Origin: an uncultured archaeon
GTDB lineage: Archaea > Iainarchaeota > Iainarchaeia > Iainarchaeales > JAAZKV01
Reading direction: 5' to 3'
Length of the DNA: 32,000 nt
NCBI GenBank assembly: GCA_964551375.1
Contig: CAZKBG010000001.1
Coordinates: forward strand, 777,329 to 809,328
Shown here: positions 8,701 through 15,649 of the stretch, in pieces
Layout: each line of letters starts with the position of its first letter
Numbering within the stretch: the first letter of the stretch is position 1
The notes under the pieces: generated by a model
Databases searched by the model: none
What the model was told of the DNA's origin: nothing
Seen by the model: only the letters and a program-made list of their open reading frames with translations
Position numbers and translations under genes: made by a program

Positions 8701-10358
8701 TAACGGATAAAGTAGGAGGGTTTATTGGATATGTTAGGTCAACAAAAGCCACTGACATAAACGACTGCTTTGTCACAGTAACTGCAGTGCGCGGATACAA
8801 AAATAACAACGGCAGCAGCTCAAATGTGGGCGGATTAATCGGAGACTCATACGGTTCATATCCTTTAACAATAAATCATTCATTTGTAAATGCAGATTTA
8901 ATCAGCGCAACCTCATCAGAAGTAGGCGGCTTAGTCGGGAATTCAAACAGATCTCCGTTAGTTATAATGGACTCAAACGCAGTGGTCAGACAAATAGTTG
9001 TTACTGGGACTCCGGGAAGAATTGGGGGGCTTGTTGGAAGCGCATCAACAAACTCTTTAATTACAAATACTTACGCTTCATCAAATTTAATTTTAAGCAA
9101 TTCCTCAGTATCGCCAGCTTATTACGGAGGGCTAATCGGACACATTGGAGGAGGGCTTGTGACAAAATCATACGCTGACACTAATATTGATGCAACAATT
9201 GGGGCTTATTCAGGCTCCCAAATAGGCGGATTAATCGGATACTCTGCCGCGCAGATACTAAACACTTATGCGCACTCAGGGTACATAATGGCAACAAAAT
9301 CCTACGGCTCAAGAATTGGGGGGCTTGTAGGACACCTTGACTCAACAGTGACAAACTCTTATGCAATAGTCGACACTGATGTAAACGGAGTGGATAACAT
9401 TGGAGGGGTGGCAGGATATGTTGGAAACACATACTCAGTTAATAATTCATTCTTTGTTGGAAGAGCAAAAGCAACAAGCACTCCTGATAACAATATTGTT
9501 GGAAATGCCTCCGCATCTAATGTAGTTAATTGTTATTTTTACAAAACAGGAGCTGCTTCAGTGTGCAGCCAAAGCGGAACAACAGTAACCTGTGGAATAG
9601 ACAATCCTTCTATGACTGATTATTTTAAAGGCAAAACAAGCACAATCAGATTAAGAGCTCCTTTCTCCGGCGGGGCAGTGGATTGGAATTTTAATTACAC
9701 AGGACACGCAGGAGTATGGTACGGGTGGTACAGAGATTATCCTCACTTTATACTTGACCCAACTACGCCGCATGTGCCTGTCGGAGAATACAAATCAGTT
9801 CCGTTAGAATTAGCAACTGCAAAAAAATGCCAGTATATTGATTTTAATTTTGTGCAGGTGGGAAACTCTGATGTGAATATACAGATACAAATCGGAGATT
9901 TAAACGCTGCAATGTGGGATGATTCAAACTGGTTCGGACCGGACGGCACAAGTTCAACAGCATATACTTTAACAAGCGACAAAAATATTCCATCCTCAAA
10001 AGGAAACGGCAAATGGATAAGATGGAAAGCAATGCTTTACGCTTCAACAGAAGGCGAAACCCCTGCGTTAAAAAGCGTTGACTTTAATTGTATACCAATA
10101 GGCGAAATGGTTTTAGTAGCAAATGCAGACCTTGCTACCTGGTATAGAATTGATTATAATGAAATATTTTCAGGAACACACGGCACAGTTGACTGGCTGT
10201 ATAATGTTGGATTTGGATGGGGAACAATAACACTCAATTCATTCCCTCCCGCAATTATGGGAAGCCCGCTTTATTTGAAAGCAAAAATAGCGGGAAGGGC
10301 GGATTCAAATGTTCCGGCAATTGACAACAATATTATGGTCGCATATAGGGTAAATTAG
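5751..10358 (+). CDS. giant secreted/surface protein with GLUG-like repeats, paralog of 1055-5632 (about 1535 aa from the ATG at 5751)
   Basis: The ORF track starts at TTG 5727. ATG 5751 gives a cleaner signal-peptide-like N-terminus (MKKIILALIILCISATVFS). Cap region: C.GLQSM...Y.LTGNIDC....W....GF.PI.SFTGTLNGAGYTIRGLYI. A long GLUG-like YVGGL.G repeat array follows, then the shared C-terminal module (YFKGK...IQIQIGD...GPDGT...NCIPIGEMVLVAN...AYRVN-stop). Confidence 0.8.
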   Translation: MKKIILALIILCISATVFSINISDCTGLQSMSGANSYTLTGNIDCTATNTWNSGAGFAPITSFTGTLNGAGYTIRGLYINRTGSNSQALIGTSTNATLTNIVFEDANIAMYNYGGVLLANGSATISNITVRNSIIRSVGNVGYVGGIAGNYTGGQFTNSSIYGSVVSGPGYVGGLIGKFGMASNNASIDINDCYADLNSVTSSGDYVGGIVGQLTNTGTGTLSSINRSTAVVRTLFGYSYVGGIVGSHVGAGGTISDVNITLSSWSLRGSSFARIGGIAGNLAGTLTRSFAIINLDINNTSASGDYVGGLVGYGLGSTISDSYADVNIDTTISNAERVNAYVGGIVGYGSNIYRSYARGYKLYSGQYTGMYVGGLAGRLDGNISDSNATFTSIIGGGGYYGDGYVGGLVGYFHGNYIIRSKATANLVKVTRANSVANYAGGLIGGISTAGNKDINNCTVDVNNVEGFRTSNGSDSGISGLIGFVANVAGIHVSINQTSVRSKLLYATGDGIGGFIGYMVNSSGSLTITDSNATIERIHLYGGAGYGYVGGLIGRASVGRANITNSFAISQIDINLPSSSNGLGYVGGLAGAIGTGNVSDSWADTNVNGNFNTYSPRYVGGLIGSADVNLIRTYARGTYLDANKSGGYYVGGLAGACSWNVTDSNATFERIDGSGSYYGDAYIAGLVGSFTGNYILRSKAIVTSITAPTYPTNFVGGLVGGIGVAGNKDINYCSADVNIISATKTSNGSTTGVGGLIGFVANVAINLSINNSSARTGTIYGIGDGLGGLLGYMVSSSGSLKIIDSNAITDRIYFYGGGGSGYFGGLAGRAYAGRVDINNSFAISQIDVNATAGLDYVGGLAGEASLSGLIYNSWADTNINGSFGTYSPGNVGGLFGSADVNIIQSYARGNYIKITKANGSNVGGFAGKLSGDVLDSNVVFVDINGSSSSYGYGYVGGFVGYYTGGYILRSKVNAVHVTGYRADSLTDKVGGFIGYVRSTKATDINDCFVTVTAVRGYKNNNGSSSNVGGLIGDSYGSYPLTINHSFVNADLISATSSEVGGLVGNSNRSPLVIMDSNAVVRQIVVTGTPGRIGGLVGSASTNSLITNTYASSNLILSNSSVSPAYYGGLIGHIGGGLVTKSYADTNIDATIGAYSGSQIGGLIGYSAAQILNTYAHSGYIMATKSYGSRIGGLVGHLDSTVTNSYAIVDTDVNGVDNIGGVAGYVGNTYSVNNSFFVGRAKATSTPDNNIVGNASASNVVNCYFYKTGAASVCSQSGTTVTCGIDNPSMTDYFKGKTSTIRLRAPFSGGAVDWNFNYTGHAGVWYGWYRDYPHFILDPTTPHVPVGEYKSVPLELATAKKCQYIDFNFVQVGNSDVNIQIQIGDLNAAMWDDSNWFGPDGTSSTAYTLTSDKNIPSSKGNGKWIRWKAMLYASTEGETPALKSVDFNCIPIGEMVLVANADLATWYRIDYNEIFSGTHGTVDWLYNVGFGWGTITLNSFPPAIMGSPLYLKAKIAGRADSNVPAIDNNIMVAYRVN
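6711..9164 (+). repeat. three ~270-aa super-repeat periods inside the 5751-10358 gene
   Basis: The anchor D/N/K-S-(Y/W)-A-D-(V/T)-N-(I/V)-(D/N) starts at nt 6711, 7545, 8361 and 9165, in frame, giving periods of 278, 272 and 268 aa. Long collinear blocks recur in each period: RSYARG.Y, VGGLAG, DSNATF..I.G.G.YYGD.Y..GLVG.F.GNYI.RSKA, AGNKDIN.C..DVN, SNGS..G..GLIGFVANVA, GSL.I.DSNA. Confidence 0.65.
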
Positions 10359-10416
10359 CGGATTAGAAAGGATTAAAAAGAATCAAAACATTATCTTTGA
10401 AAAGGTTTGATACAAA

Positions 10417-11100
10417 ATGCATGCAAAAAAAAGGGGACAGGGAACAATTGAATACCTTGTTATAATAGCGGTTGTAATTGTGCTTGCATTAGTAACATCA
10501 TATTTTATGATGGGCTCGCTTGGCTCGGCTTCAGCAGCAGAAAAGGCTTCGTTAAAAACAGCATGGCAGACAAAAGAAGTGGGAATTGCCGATTTTGCAG
10601 TTGATTCAGACGGAGCGGGAAAAATTGCCATAATGAATAACTCTGGCGAATTTGTGAGAATAAAGAAAGTTTATGTTGACGGAGTGCTTGTTTATGACGG
10701 AACGCTTTCACTTGGAAATTTTGATAGATATGTAGTGGGTTCTTTTGCTGAAAATGTGACTTCTTGCAGCGCGGACAGAAGATACAGTATAAGAATAATT
10801 TACGAGGCTGAAAGCGGGCTTGAAGATGAAGTGAGCGGAGACTTGTACGCAGAATGCATGGCAAGATTGAATGAAGGCGCGCTAAGATTCTTGCAGTTAA
10901 CCGACGCGAATTTGAGTCTTGGGGACACAATCAACGTTTCAGCAGCAACAGGATACTTTACTTTAATTGACGCCAACTTTGTGAACTCAAGAAGCATAAC
11001 TTATGGAAATGAAGGCTTTGGAGAGTACGGCGGCGTTGATTTAAACACAACAAGAAACACCGATAACAACTATATAGAACTTGACGTACAAGCTGAATAA
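10417..11100 (+). CDS. archaeal type IV pilin-like protein (class III signal peptide), 227 aa
   Basis: The N-terminus MHAKKRG-QGTIEYLVIIAVVIVLALV has a short basic leader, Gly at -1, Gln at +1, Glu at +5 and a hydrophobic helix. That is the class III / prepilin-peptidase substrate pattern. The C-terminal ~190 aa are not recognisable. Confidence 0.7.
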   Translation: MHAKKRGQGTIEYLVIIAVVIVLALVTSYFMMGSLGSASAAEKASLKTAWQTKEVGIADFAVDSDGAGKIAIMNNSGEFVRIKKVYVDGVLVYDGTLSLGNFDRYVVGSFAENVTSCSADRRYSIRIIYEAESGLEDEVSGDLYAECMARLNEGALRFLQLTDANLSLGDTINVSAATGYFTLIDANFVNSRSITYGNEGFGEYGGVDLNTTRNTDNNYIELDVQAE

Positions 11101-11174
11101 AGCCAAAATGAGTGGTTTTAATTAAGTTTAATGCAGTGGGGTTTGCACACAATAGGGTGAATTTTAAACCTTAC

Positions 11175-11182
11175 TATTTATT
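11175..11182 (+). promoter_or_regulatory. TATA-box-like element upstream of porG (near-leaderless arrangement)
   Basis: TATTTATT is centred about 29 nt upstream of ATG 11208. Archaeal TATA boxes sit about 26-27 nt upstream of the TSS, so the transcript would start at or just before the ATG. Confidence 0.35.
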
Positions 11183-11207
11183 GATTTATGCTTGGTGATA
11201 ATCTATA

Positions 11208-11753
11208 ATGAAACAAGTATTAGTTCTTGGAAGAGGCGGGCAGGGGGCTGTAACAAGCACTCAAATCCTTGCGGTAGCCGCATACTCTGACGGCAAATCA
11301 TGCTTAGCATTTCCAAACTTTGGAGTAGAAAGAATGGGAGCTCCCGTTAGAAGCTACTGCAGAGTTGACGACAAGAAAATAGAACTAAGAGAGCACGTTC
11401 AGGAAGCTGATTATGCAATAATACTTGACCCAACGCTATCAAGGCACTTCAATGAAAAAGTTACAAAATTAATTATAGTTAATTCAAACAAAACTCCTGA
11501 AGAAATGTGCATTGTGACAGAAGCAAAAGTAATATGCGTAGATGTAACCGGAGTAGCAATGAAAATAATCGGAAAACCATTTGTAAACGTAGCCGCTCTT
11601 GGAGCGCTTGCAGCATTAACTGATGAAATTACATTAAAATCGCTTGAAGACGCGATAAAAAAACAAATGGGCTCAAAAGGACCCGCAGTTGAAAAAAATA
11701 TTTTAGCGGTAAGAGAAGTGTATGAGTTAGCAAAAAAAACACAGAAAAGATAA
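11208..11753 (+). CDS. porG: pyruvate/2-oxoacid:ferredoxin oxidoreductase, gamma subunit
   Basis: LGRGGQGAVTSTQILAVAAYSDGKSCLAFPNFGVERMGAPV matches the conserved gamma-subunit N-terminus. It is first in a gamma-delta-alpha-beta gene order. Confidence 0.85.
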   Translation: MKQVLVLGRGGQGAVTSTQILAVAAYSDGKSCLAFPNFGVERMGAPVRSYCRVDDKKIELREHVQEADYAIILDPTLSRHFNEKVTKLIIVNSNKTPEEMCIVTEAKVICVDVTGVAMKIIGKPFVNVAALGALAALTDEITLKSLEDAIKKQMGSKGPAVEKNILAVREVYELAKKTQKR

Positions 11754-11787
11754 AAATGACGATTGAAATTAAAATAATGTGATTATA

Positions 11788-12162
11788 ATGGCTGGAAAAC
11801 AAAAAATCAAAAAAAGCGCTGATTCGGGCAAAAAAGCAGCAGCTCCGAAAAAAGGAAGTGCTGCAAAAACATGCGAATTTTACTTTGAAGAAAAACTTGA
11901 GCTGACAAAAGGCGGAGTAATAACAAAACCAGGCTCGACAAGAAACTACAAGACAGGCGAATGGAGAACATTCAAACCCACAATTGATTTACTTAAATGC
12001 ATAAAATGCGGAAAGTGCTGGATGGTTTGCCCTGATTCCGCAATAAAACAGAGAAAAGAAGACGGAAAATTCGAAATCAACCATGACTACTGCAAAGGAT
12101 GCCTATTATGCGTAAAAGAATGCCCAGTAAAATGCATCCCTTACGAACTTGAGGACAAATAA
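11788..12162 (+). CDS. porD: pyruvate/2-oxoacid:ferredoxin oxidoreductase, delta subunit (2x[4Fe-4S] ferredoxin-like)
   Basis: Two CxxCxxCxxxCP motifs (CIKCGKCWMVCP, CKGCLLCVKECP) and the KTGEWRTFKP motif. The ORF track starts at GTG 11779; ATG 11788 is the alternative used here. Confidence 0.85.
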   Translation: MAGKQKIKKSADSGKKAAAPKKGSAAKTCEFYFEEKLELTKGGVITKPGSTRNYKTGEWRTFKPTIDLLKCIKCGKCWMVCPDSAIKQRKEDGKFEINHDYCKGCLLCVKECPVKCIPYELEDK

Positions 12163-12217
12163 TTATTAGATTTTTTTTATAAGATGTGGGAAAGTTAATT
12201 TAAGTTAAGTTTAAGGA

Positions 12218-13387
12218 ATGGATTTAAAGAGTGTGAAAAAAATGAGTGAAACAAAAGTAATTTCAGGCTCAATTGCGGTTGCAGAAGCAGTAAAGCAGTG
12301 CAAACCAAAAGTGCTTCCAATGTATCCAATAACTCCAAGCACACTAATACCAGAAAAGCTATCTGAAATGGTTGCAAACGGAGAGCTTGACTCAAGAATA
12401 ATTTACGTTGAAAGCGAACACTCAGCAATAAGTGCGCTTTACGGAGTATACGGAACAGGAATACGCGGATTCACAGCGACAGCATCACAGGGAATGGCAT
12501 TAATGCATGAAATACTTCCAATAATGTCAGGCGCAAGATTTCCAGCAGTAATGGCAGTCGCAAACAGAGCTTTGTCAGGACCATTAAATATTTGGAATGA
12601 CCACTCAGACACAATGAGTGAAAGAGACCAAGGGTGGATACAATTCTACTGCGAAAATAATCAGGAAGCATACGACACAATTTTGATGGCTTATAAAATT
12701 GCAGAAGCGGAACAAGTGCAAATTCCAGTAATGGTTTGCATTGACGGATTTTACTTAACTCACTCATACGAGCCGGTTGTAATTGAAGACCAGAAAAAAG
12801 TCGACGCATTTGTGCCTGAATACAAACCAGAACACTATCTTGACACTAAAAATCCAAAAACATTCGGACCAATAGCTTATCCAAATGTTTACATGGAATA
12901 CAGAGAACATCAGGAAAAAGCAATGCAGGAAGCGCTAAAAATAATTCCAAAAGTTCACGAAGAATTCAAAAAAGCATTCGGCAGAAGCTACGGAGACGGA
13001 CTTGCAGAAGGAATTGAATTAAGAGACGCAGAATATGCGCTACTTTGCACAGGCTCAGTTTTAGGGACTGCAAAAGAAACAATGAAAGAACTAAGAGCAA
13101 AGGGAAAAAAAGTAGGATTAATAAAATTAAAATCAGTAAGACCGCTTCCTGTTGAAGAACTAAAAAAATTAGCTTCAAAATTAAAGGGACTAGGGGTAAT
13201 AGACAGACACGCTTCGCTTGGATTTGGAGGCGCGCTCACTAACGACATCAAAGCAGCACTTTCAGGAGAAAAAGTTAAAGTTACTGGATTTGTGGCAGGA
13301 CTTGGAGGAAGAGATATTAACAGAGCAAGACTGCACAAAGCTTATGAAACAGTAATGAAAGGAGAAGAAGGATACTGGCTCAAGTGA
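12218..13387 (+). CDS. porA: pyruvate/2-oxoacid:ferredoxin oxidoreductase, alpha subunit
   Basis: 389 aa. MYPITPST, ESEHSAISA and GFTATASQGMALMHE are typical of POR/VOR alpha subunits. The operon context supports the call. Confidence 0.9.
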   Translation: MDLKSVKKMSETKVISGSIAVAEAVKQCKPKVLPMYPITPSTLIPEKLSEMVANGELDSRIIYVESEHSAISALYGVYGTGIRGFTATASQGMALMHEILPIMSGARFPAVMAVANRALSGPLNIWNDHSDTMSERDQGWIQFYCENNQEAYDTILMAYKIAEAEQVQIPVMVCIDGFYLTHSYEPVVIEDQKKVDAFVPEYKPEHYLDTKNPKTFGPIAYPNVYMEYREHQEKAMQEALKIIPKVHEEFKKAFGRSYGDGLAEGIELRDAEYALLCTGSVLGTAKETMKELRAKGKKVGLIKLKSVRPLPVEELKKLASKLKGLGVIDRHASLGFGGALTNDIKAALSGEKVKVTGFVAGLGGRDINRARLHKAYETVMKGEEGYWLK

Positions 13388-13430
13388 AAGAGTGGGTAAG
13401 TATCAAAAAGAATTTATATTAATATATTAG

Positions 13431-14348
13431 GTGAAAAAAATGGCTGTACTTGGAATAGATGAAAGAGAATTTTTCGCATCAGGCCACCGCTCGTGCGCAG
13501 GCTGCGGAGAAGCGCTTGCCGTAAGACATATCCTAAAAGCATGCGGAGAAAAAACAATAATAGTACAGGCAACAGGATGCATGGAAGTAGTATCAAGTGC
13601 ATACCCTGAAACAGCATGGGAAATGCCATGGATTCACTGCGCATTTGAAAATGCAAGCGCGGTAGCAAGCGGAGTTAGAGCGGCGCTTGACGCAAAAGGC
13701 GACAAAGAAACTAATGTTTTAACAATGGGCGGAGACGGCTCATCATTTGACATAGGATTTGGCTCATTAAGCGGAGCATTTGAAAGAGGAACAAAATTCT
13801 TGTACGTGTGCACTGATAACGAAGCATACATGAACACAGGAATTCAAAGAAGCGGAGCAACTTTTCCATACGCTAATACAACAACAAGCCCTGACGGAAA
13901 ACTAATCCATGGGAAAGTACAGCCAAAAAAACCATTGCCATTCATAATTGCAGCGCACGGCGCAAGATACGTTGCAACAGCAAGCGTAATGAATTTATTT
14001 GACTTAAAGAAGAAAGTTCAAAAAGCGCTTACAATAGACGGGCCGAGTTTTATTACAGTATTTTCGCCATGCACTCCAGGATGGAAAATTGAAACAAGCG
14101 CGACAATAGAAGTATCAAAAAAAGCTTTTGAAACAAATGTTTATCCCTTATACGAGATAGAAGACGGAGTGCTAAAGATTAATCAGAAGCCGGACGAGAA
14201 AAAGCCTGTTGAAGAATACTTAAAACTTCAAGGAAGATTTAAGCACGTTACTCCAGAAATAGCCGCAAAAATACAAAAATATGTTGATGACAGATGGCAG
14301 TTCTTGGAAAGCGTTGACGGCAAAAAAATCTTTGACCCAATACTTTGA
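13431..14348 (+). CDS. porB: pyruvate/2-oxoacid:ferredoxin oxidoreductase, beta subunit (TPP-binding)
   Basis: SGHRSCAGCGE cluster motif and the TPP motif GGDGSSFDIGFGSLSGA...CTDNEAYMNTG. 305 aa. Confidence 0.9.
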   Translation: MKKMAVLGIDEREFFASGHRSCAGCGEALAVRHILKACGEKTIIVQATGCMEVVSSAYPETAWEMPWIHCAFENASAVASGVRAALDAKGDKETNVLTMGGDGSSFDIGFGSLSGAFERGTKFLYVCTDNEAYMNTGIQRSGATFPYANTTTSPDGKLIHGKVQPKKPLPFIIAAHGARYVATASVMNLFDLKKKVQKALTIDGPSFITVFSPCTPGWKIETSATIEVSKKAFETNVYPLYEIEDGVLKINQKPDEKKPVEEYLKLQGRFKHVTPEIAAKIQKYVDDRWQFLESVDGKKIFDPIL

Positions 14349-14357
14349 AGCTCAAGC

Positions 14358-14398
14358 TTTTTTTGAAGCTTCTTTTATTTTTTTTATTTTATTCTTTT
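14358..14398 (+). terminator. oligo-T terminator region downstream of porB
   Basis: A T7 run starts 10 nt after the porB stop, followed by tcttttatttttttttattttattctttttt. Oligo-T tracts are the known archaeal termination signal. The region is T-rich on the + strand only. Confidence 0.45.
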
Positions 14399-15316
14399 TT
14401 ACTTAAGCAGATTTTGGACTCTTTCAACAGGAAGCCCGGATTTTTTTGCAAGCTTTAATATTTTTTCTTTGTGCTCTTTTAGCCCCTTCCAGTCAAGAAT
14501 AATTTCACTTGCCCTGCTCTTTTTAATCATCTGGTCAAATAAAGCATAATTGAGATTCTCAAGCTGATGCTTTGGGCAAATGTGCCCAAAAGCGTATCTC
14601 TCTCTTAAAGTGAGTTTAGTAAAATCAGGCGCATAATGCCCTCCCCCAATTCCTATAACAATTTTATCCCCAACCCTGTCAAGCGTTGATTCAATAACAG
14701 TTTCTGCAATTACTTTTGCGCCGAGCTCGTTCTTCCAATCAGCAGGAGTGGAGCCAAGTTCAATGAAAACACATTTTTTGTTAGTAAAAGGGCCGTGATG
14801 AGTTGCTTCATAAGAAACAACAAAACCCTGCTTGTTTAATCCGCTTGAAATATTCTTATCCGCAAGGCTTCTTAGATAATTTGCCCCAATCCACGCAAGA
14901 GAACCTGAAAGCTCCCTTGATTTTCCGCCGTACTTTGCATCCCCAAAATTTCCAATCATGTGAACTGTAAGACTCTTAGTTCCAGCCTCGCTCGCATGCT
15001 TTGAAAGGAAAATAATTTTCTCTTCCTTTATCTTCATCGGCTTTACAAAAATAATCTCCTCATGAAACTCATAAACAACCGCCCAACTCGGGATTCCAAT
15101 TTCCTTAATCTTTTTAAAAATAAGACTCCCCGCAGCATCCTTTGAGGAATAAACAAGCGCAATCTTTTCCTGCTCTCTTTTCGCAGGAGGAACAGAATTA
15201 GGCGCAGCATCTATTTGTGCATTAACCGCCGGCTCAACAGCAGCTATTGATTTTTCAGCTGGCTCAGGCACTTCTTGAATAACTGTGTTAGTCAACGCAT
15301 TAGTTTCTGTTTCCAT
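14399..15316 (-). CDS. dtdA: D-aminoacyl-tRNA deacylase, archaeal type (DtdA/DTD2), with an N-terminal ~50-aa extension
   Basis: SYEATHHGP, GIGGGHYAP, AFGHICPK and DWKG match the conserved blocks of archaeal DtdA as I recall them for the Pyrococcus enzyme. The first ~50 aa (METETNALTN...PPAKREQEK) are an Ala/Pro/Glu-rich extra segment. Confidence 0.85.
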   Translation of the reverse strand: METETNALTNTVIQEVPEPAEKSIAAVEPAVNAQIDAAPNSVPPAKREQEKIALVYSSKDAAGSLIFKKIKEIGIPSWAVVYEFHEEIIFVKPMKIKEEKIIFLSKHASEAGTKSLTVHMIGNFGDAKYGGKSRELSGSLAWIGANYLRSLADKNISSGLNKQGFVVSYEATHHGPFTNKKCVFIELGSTPADWKNELGAKVIAETVIESTLDRVGDKIVIGIGGGHYAPDFTKLTLRERYAFGHICPKHQLENLNYALFDQMIKKSRASEIILDWKGLKEHKEKILKLAKKSGLPVERVQNLLK

Positions 15317-15382
15317 AATGAAAGATTATTCAAAAAGGTTTAAGTAAGCATTATTTTAGCATAAAAACGAAATTTTGGGAAA

Positions 15383-15390
15383 TTTTATAA
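15383..15390 (+). promoter_or_regulatory. TATA-box-like element for the small ORF at 15435
   Basis: TTTTATAA is preceded by the purine-rich gggaaa. The predicted TSS is near 15413. GAGGTG (15424-15429) sits 5 nt upstream of ATG 15435 as a Shine-Dalgarno-like site. Confidence 0.4.
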
Positions 15391-15434
15391 ACTTTCATGA
15401 AGAATAGTATTATAGCATTACAGAGGTGTAAAAA

Positions 15435-15587
15435 ATGGTTGTAGAGTACGGAGAATTCAAGGGAAACAAGTTAATTATCTTAAAAAGAACAGAACAGGAC
15501 ACTTTCCCGTTTCAATTCGGAAAAGGCAAAGCGAAGTTAATTGTTGAAAACTTTGAAGCAATAAAGAAATTTGCCGAAGAAGAGTAA
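15435..15587 (+). CDS. small protein (50 aa), possibly PC4/YdbC-like ssDNA-binding fold; below the ORF-track length cut-off
   Basis: My translation: MVVEYGEFKGNKLIILKRTEQDTFPFQFGKGKAKLIVENFEAIKKFAEEE-stop. It has its own TATA-like box and a GAGGTG SD. EFKGNKLIILKR and GKGKAKLIVENFEAIKKF resemble, from memory, the PC4 pattern sefkGkklvdIRe ... kGisLtleqwkaL...I. Confidence 0.4.
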   Translation: MVVEYGEFKGNKLIILKRTEQDTFPFQFGKGKAKLIVENFEAIKKFAEEE

Positions 15588-15649
15588 ATAATTGCTTTTG
15601 TTTAAATGCTTATTCCGTTAATCGTTTATGCTCTTTTCTGCTGATTAAT

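Noticed and set aside
7262-10047. Antisense ORFs inside the 5751-10358 gene: 7262-7585, 9181-9432, 9743-10012, 9844-10047.
   Set aside because: Same reasoning. They are shadow ORFs of a strongly supported sense gene, with no start signals or recognisable motifs.
213-10358. Possible diversity-generating retroelement target (template/variable repeat pair) among the three similar C-terminal modules.
   Set aside because: No reverse transcriptase gene is in the window. The copies differ throughout, at all base types rather than only at adenines. They are full-length paralogous domains, not a ~100-150-nt TR/VR pair.
5675-10378. Shared AGGATTAAA 9-mer upstream of giant gene 3 (about 5676-5684) and of the pilin-like gene (about 10370-10378), as a common regulatory motif.
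   Set aside because: A single 9-mer match in 32 kb of AT-rich DNA is compatible with chance. Both probably just overlap TATA-like sequence.
10383-11152. Minus-strand ORFs overlapping the pilin-like gene: 10383-10631, 10505-10930, 10800-10997, 10958-11152.
   Set aside because: The plus-strand ORF has a textbook class III signal peptide. The antisense translations have no recognisable features.
14347-14372. Possible hairpin GAAGCT...AGCTTC with two AAGCTT palindromes after porB, as an intrinsic terminator stem.
   Set aside because: The stem is only 6 bp with a ~14-nt loop. The adjacent oligo-T runs explain termination without it.
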